Shown: positions 62,076 to 64,000 of the stretch, one piece after another | Numbering within the stretch: position 1 is the stretch's first letter | How the letters are laid out: each line of letters starts with the position of its first letter | Source: a virus | Direction: 5' to 3' (one strand) | Virus record (IMG/VR): IMGVR_UViG_3300045988_080954 | Length of the DNA stretch: 64,000 nucleotides | Notes under the pieces: model-generated | Told to the model about the DNA's origin: nothing | The model's input: the letters and a program-made list of their open reading frames with translations, nothing else | Databases searched by the model: none | Translations under genes and position numbers: made by a program

Positions 62076-62324
62076 ATGGCTATCAGTAAATCACAAGCAA
62101 GAGCCACCGCAAAATATGAAAAGAATAATTATTTTAAAACCCTTGTCCGCTTTAAGAAAGAGGACGAAGAGCGCATAAGAGCCGCCGCAGGCGATAGCCT
62201 GAACGGTTTCATTGTCAAATGTGTTCTGGACGCTCTGAACAAATCAGAAACGCCCACACAAGCCCCGGAAACCGGAGAAGGTGAAGTATTTACTGCCTAC
62301 GCCGGAGAACCTGTGGAAAATTGA
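62076..62324 (+). CDS. ribbon-helix-helix (Arc/CopG-like) DNA-binding protein
   Basis: 82 aa with AGGAGG upstream. ...ATAKYEKNNYFKTLVRFKKEDEERIRAAAGDSLNGFIVKCVLDAL shows a beta-strand plus two helices pattern. Confidence 0.55.
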   Translation: MAISKSQARATAKYEKNNYFKTLVRFKKEDEERIRAAAGDSLNGFIVKCVLDALNKSETPTQAPETGEGEVFTAYAGEPVEN

Positions 62325-62498
62325 TTTCGCATCCCTGAAAAGTAATGTATATTATAAACTCAAGTCAGTCAGCGTTTCGGTGAAGAAGTGACTCGCCAGC
62401 TTTACGGCATGACTGAGTTTGAGTTTAAAAAACTTGCTTTCCCGGAAGAATCGTGATATACTCAAGACGTTAAGAATATCAGCATTTTTAACATCCTT

Positions 62499-62528
62499 GG
62501 GGCTGTGGTACTTTCCACAGCCCTTTTT
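62499..62528 (+). terminator. intrinsic terminator
   Basis: GGGCTGTGG / CCACAGCCC with a TACTTT loop, then TTTTT. Confidence 0.7.
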
Positions 62529-62684
62529 CTATGCGTACATCTTCGAGACGATCAGAAATCTAAGACTTTCGTACTGCCTGCCGGAGATTCCCTCAAAGTC
62601 GTTTTCAATCTGGTCCAGGAGCTTCGCCAGCTTTCTTTTTGTGTGGGCCTTTTCAATCTGGCCAAGATAGATGTTATATCTCAT
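62529..62684 (-). CDS. 51-aa protein
   Basis: ATG 62684 with AGGAGG upstream, MRYNIYLGQIEKAHTKRKLAKLLDQIENDFEGISGRQYESLRFLIVSKMYA. Confidence 0.4.
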   Translation of the reverse strand: MRYNIYLGQIEKAHTKRKLAKLLDQIENDFEGISGRQYESLRFLIVSKMYA

Positions 62685-62926
62685 TTTTTAACCCTCCTGA
62701 GACTCAAAACAACATCGTCTTTCATGTCATAAGTACCGCGACTGTCGAACGTAATGACCACCGGTGCATTATTTTTTAGTCTTGCGTCAAATCCCCATTC
62801 TTCGCCGCGGATGTCGGTTACTGTCTGGGTTTTGCTGTGATATACGCCCGGCATCGTGTAGACGTTGGCGTTCTGCGGTGCGTGGGTGAGTGCGGCGATC
62901 ATTGTCGCAATAATTAATTTCTTCAT
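62681..62926 (-). CDS. small secreted protein
   Basis: 81 aa from ATG 62926 with a signal-like MKKLIIATMIAALTHAPQNA. Confidence 0.45.
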   Translation of the reverse strand: MKKLIIATMIAALTHAPQNANVYTMPGVYHSKTQTVTDIRGEEWGFDARLKNNAPVVITFDSRGTYDMKDDVVLSLRRVKK

Positions 62927-62945
62927 GGTTGTTTCCCTCTCTTTC

Positions 62946-63356
62946 CTATAATGAATTATATTTTTCAAGAATTTCTTTCGTGATTCTCGAATGTGTTTTA
63001 CAGTGTCTGAATTTGTATCTATGAGCTATTTCGTGAGAAATTACACTCTCTAATGTTTCGGGCTCGATGTCGAACCCACCGTTAAAAATAGACTCATATT
63101 TTTCATGAATGAAATAATTGTCAATTGTTATAAAACAATCGGCTTTCGGGCTTTCAGGGTCACTGGTATAAAAGAGTCCTAAGGCGTCTCTATTTCTTCG
63201 GGACATTTTTTCGTGATCTCGGTTTGTGATTTCCAGCCCATCAGTTTCTGGGAGTTTGTGAAACTTAGAAACTACGGAGAAAAACCAATGCAATTCGTCT
63301 GCGGTTAATTCAGTTTCGTTTCCGTAGAAATCTGTATATGTATTTCCAAACTTCAT
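62946..63356 (-). CDS. SprT-like HExxH zinc-metalloprotease-like protein
   Basis: 136 aa from ATG 63356 with AAAGGA upstream. Contains ...ESVISHEIAHRYKFRHC. Confidence 0.5.
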   Translation of the reverse strand: MKFGNTYTDFYGNETELTADELHWFFSVVSKFHKLPETDGLEITNRDHEKMSRRNRDALGLFYTSDPESPKADCFITIDNYFIHEKYESIFNGGFDIEPETLESVISHEIAHRYKFRHCKTHSRITKEILEKYNSL

Positions 63357-63432
63357 TTCGTTTCCTTTCTGCCCTGCCATCATCAGCACCGGGAGGGCGG
63401 TCCCGGTGGACGGTCATTTCTGACCGTTTCGG

Positions 63433-63636
63433 CTATCCGTTTATTACTGCATTCACGGTATCCCATGCCTGTTGATAGCTTCTTAATACTTCTCCCTTGT
63501 GTGGACCTGTGGAAATAATGGTTCCCCACTTCGGAGTGCCGATTCTATCAGTTATCATTTTTTTATCAGGCACATATTTCACTTTAAATATCCTGAGTGA
63601 TTCCATTACGCATCGTTTATACTGTTTCTTTGTCAT
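63433..63636 (-). CDS. hypothetical protein
   Basis: 67 aa with AGAGGT upstream. Confidence 0.4.
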   Translation of the reverse strand: MTKKQYKRCVMESLRIFKVKYVPDKKMITDRIGTPKWGTIISTGPHKGEVLRSYQQAWDTVNAVING

Positions 63637-63653
63637 ATCTATTACCTCTTTTC

Positions 63654-63878
63654 TTAAATTTCTGAAATAAGTCCTTCAGCTTCTTCTAAGTTATCAAATG
63701 CTTCTTCAATGTCTGAAATATATTCTTCCATCTGTTCACCACGCTCACCGTACTGGAAATTTTCCGGAAGATTGTCAAACGCTTCCTGTTCTTCATCTTT
63801 TACTTCGTCCAGGATGTCTTTGGCTTGCGAGATCAGATCAAGTGCCTCTGATAACCTCTTTCTTCTTGCTCTGTTCAT
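63654..63878 (-). CDS. acidic hypothetical protein
   Basis: 74 aa from ATG 63878 with GAGAGGA upstream. Contains ...DEVKDEEQEAFDNLPENFQYGERGEQMEEYISDIEEAFDNLEEA. Confidence 0.45.
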   Translation of the reverse strand: MNRARRKRLSEALDLISQAKDILDEVKDEEQEAFDNLPENFQYGERGEQMEEYISDIEEAFDNLEEAEGLISEI

Positions 63879-64000
63879 ACTTTCCTCTCTTTCTCCCGGC
63901 TCTGCGTCCGGGCTGTTTGTTCTCTGCTGATGGTTATATATTATCACTAAAATTAGAGAATGTCAATATATAAATCACAAAAATAAGAGAAAAATTTTCT

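Noticed and set aside
1-64000. Diversity-generating retroelement, retron or known multi-gene defence systems (CBASS, Thoeris, Gabija and others)
   Set aside because: I recognised no reverse transcriptase, cyclase, TIR, SIR2 or helicase-nuclease signature proteins in any frame.

Overview
The whole 64-kb window reads as mobile-element DNA from a low-GC Gram-positive host. This rests on AGGAGG-type ribosome sites, ATGA stop/start overlaps and gene families typical of temperate siphoviruses of Clostridia/Bacilli. I found no rRNA, no complete tRNA, no CRISPR array and no obvious host housekeeping gene.

Layout:
- (1) Plus-strand late region, 223-30721: large terminase, sigma-region-4-like regulator, portal, Mu-F-like head protein, scaffold, major capsid, connector. 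A 7.5-kb accessory block (7275-14818) follows and ends in a tyrosine recombinase. After it come neck genes, a holin-like gene, major tail protein, a G/G-T chaperone pair with a T_TTT_TTC slippery site, a 1658-aa tape measure, an LRR/Ig-like tail-tip protein, a repeat-dense 680-bp spacer and a multidomain endolysin.
- (2) 30856-32869, minus strand: a cargo operon with an orphan LytTR response regulator.
- (3) 33447-56097: the lysogeny switch (XRE repressor, Cro-like protein, antirepressor), then a long early region. It holds an OB-fold protein, an SbcC/Rad50-like ATPase, RecT, an MBL-fold gene broken by an in-frame stop, an RHH + GIY-YIG nuclease + DNA methyltransferase cassette, a PP-loop/PAPS-reductase-like protein, a second methyltransferase, YopX, a MazG-like protein, a replisome organiser and a DnaC-like loader.
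- (4) 56177-57892: a large serine recombinase, then a DUF4417-like gene and a ~770-bp ORF-free region with G+C-rich patches, lying between convergent terminators.
- (5) 59595-64000, mostly minus strand: small genes, including an RHH autoregulator with operator repeats, a SprT-like HExxH protein and a tRNA-like minihelix.

Main leads:
- the recombinase-bearing island splitting the head-tail joining genes, with its Gly/Cys/Tyr-rich protein set;
- an orphan LytTR regulator next to a lysin gene that is preceded by phased TAACG repeats;
- the RHH-controlled GIY-YIG/methylase cassette;
- a duplicated promoter-plus-terminator box in a late region that contains many terminators;
- several promoter-plus-terminator small-RNA candidates;
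- the ORF-free region at 58.8-59.6 kb.

All family names come from my own recognition of motifs in the translations. No database search, folding or statistics were run, and all start codons and RNA ends are estimates.
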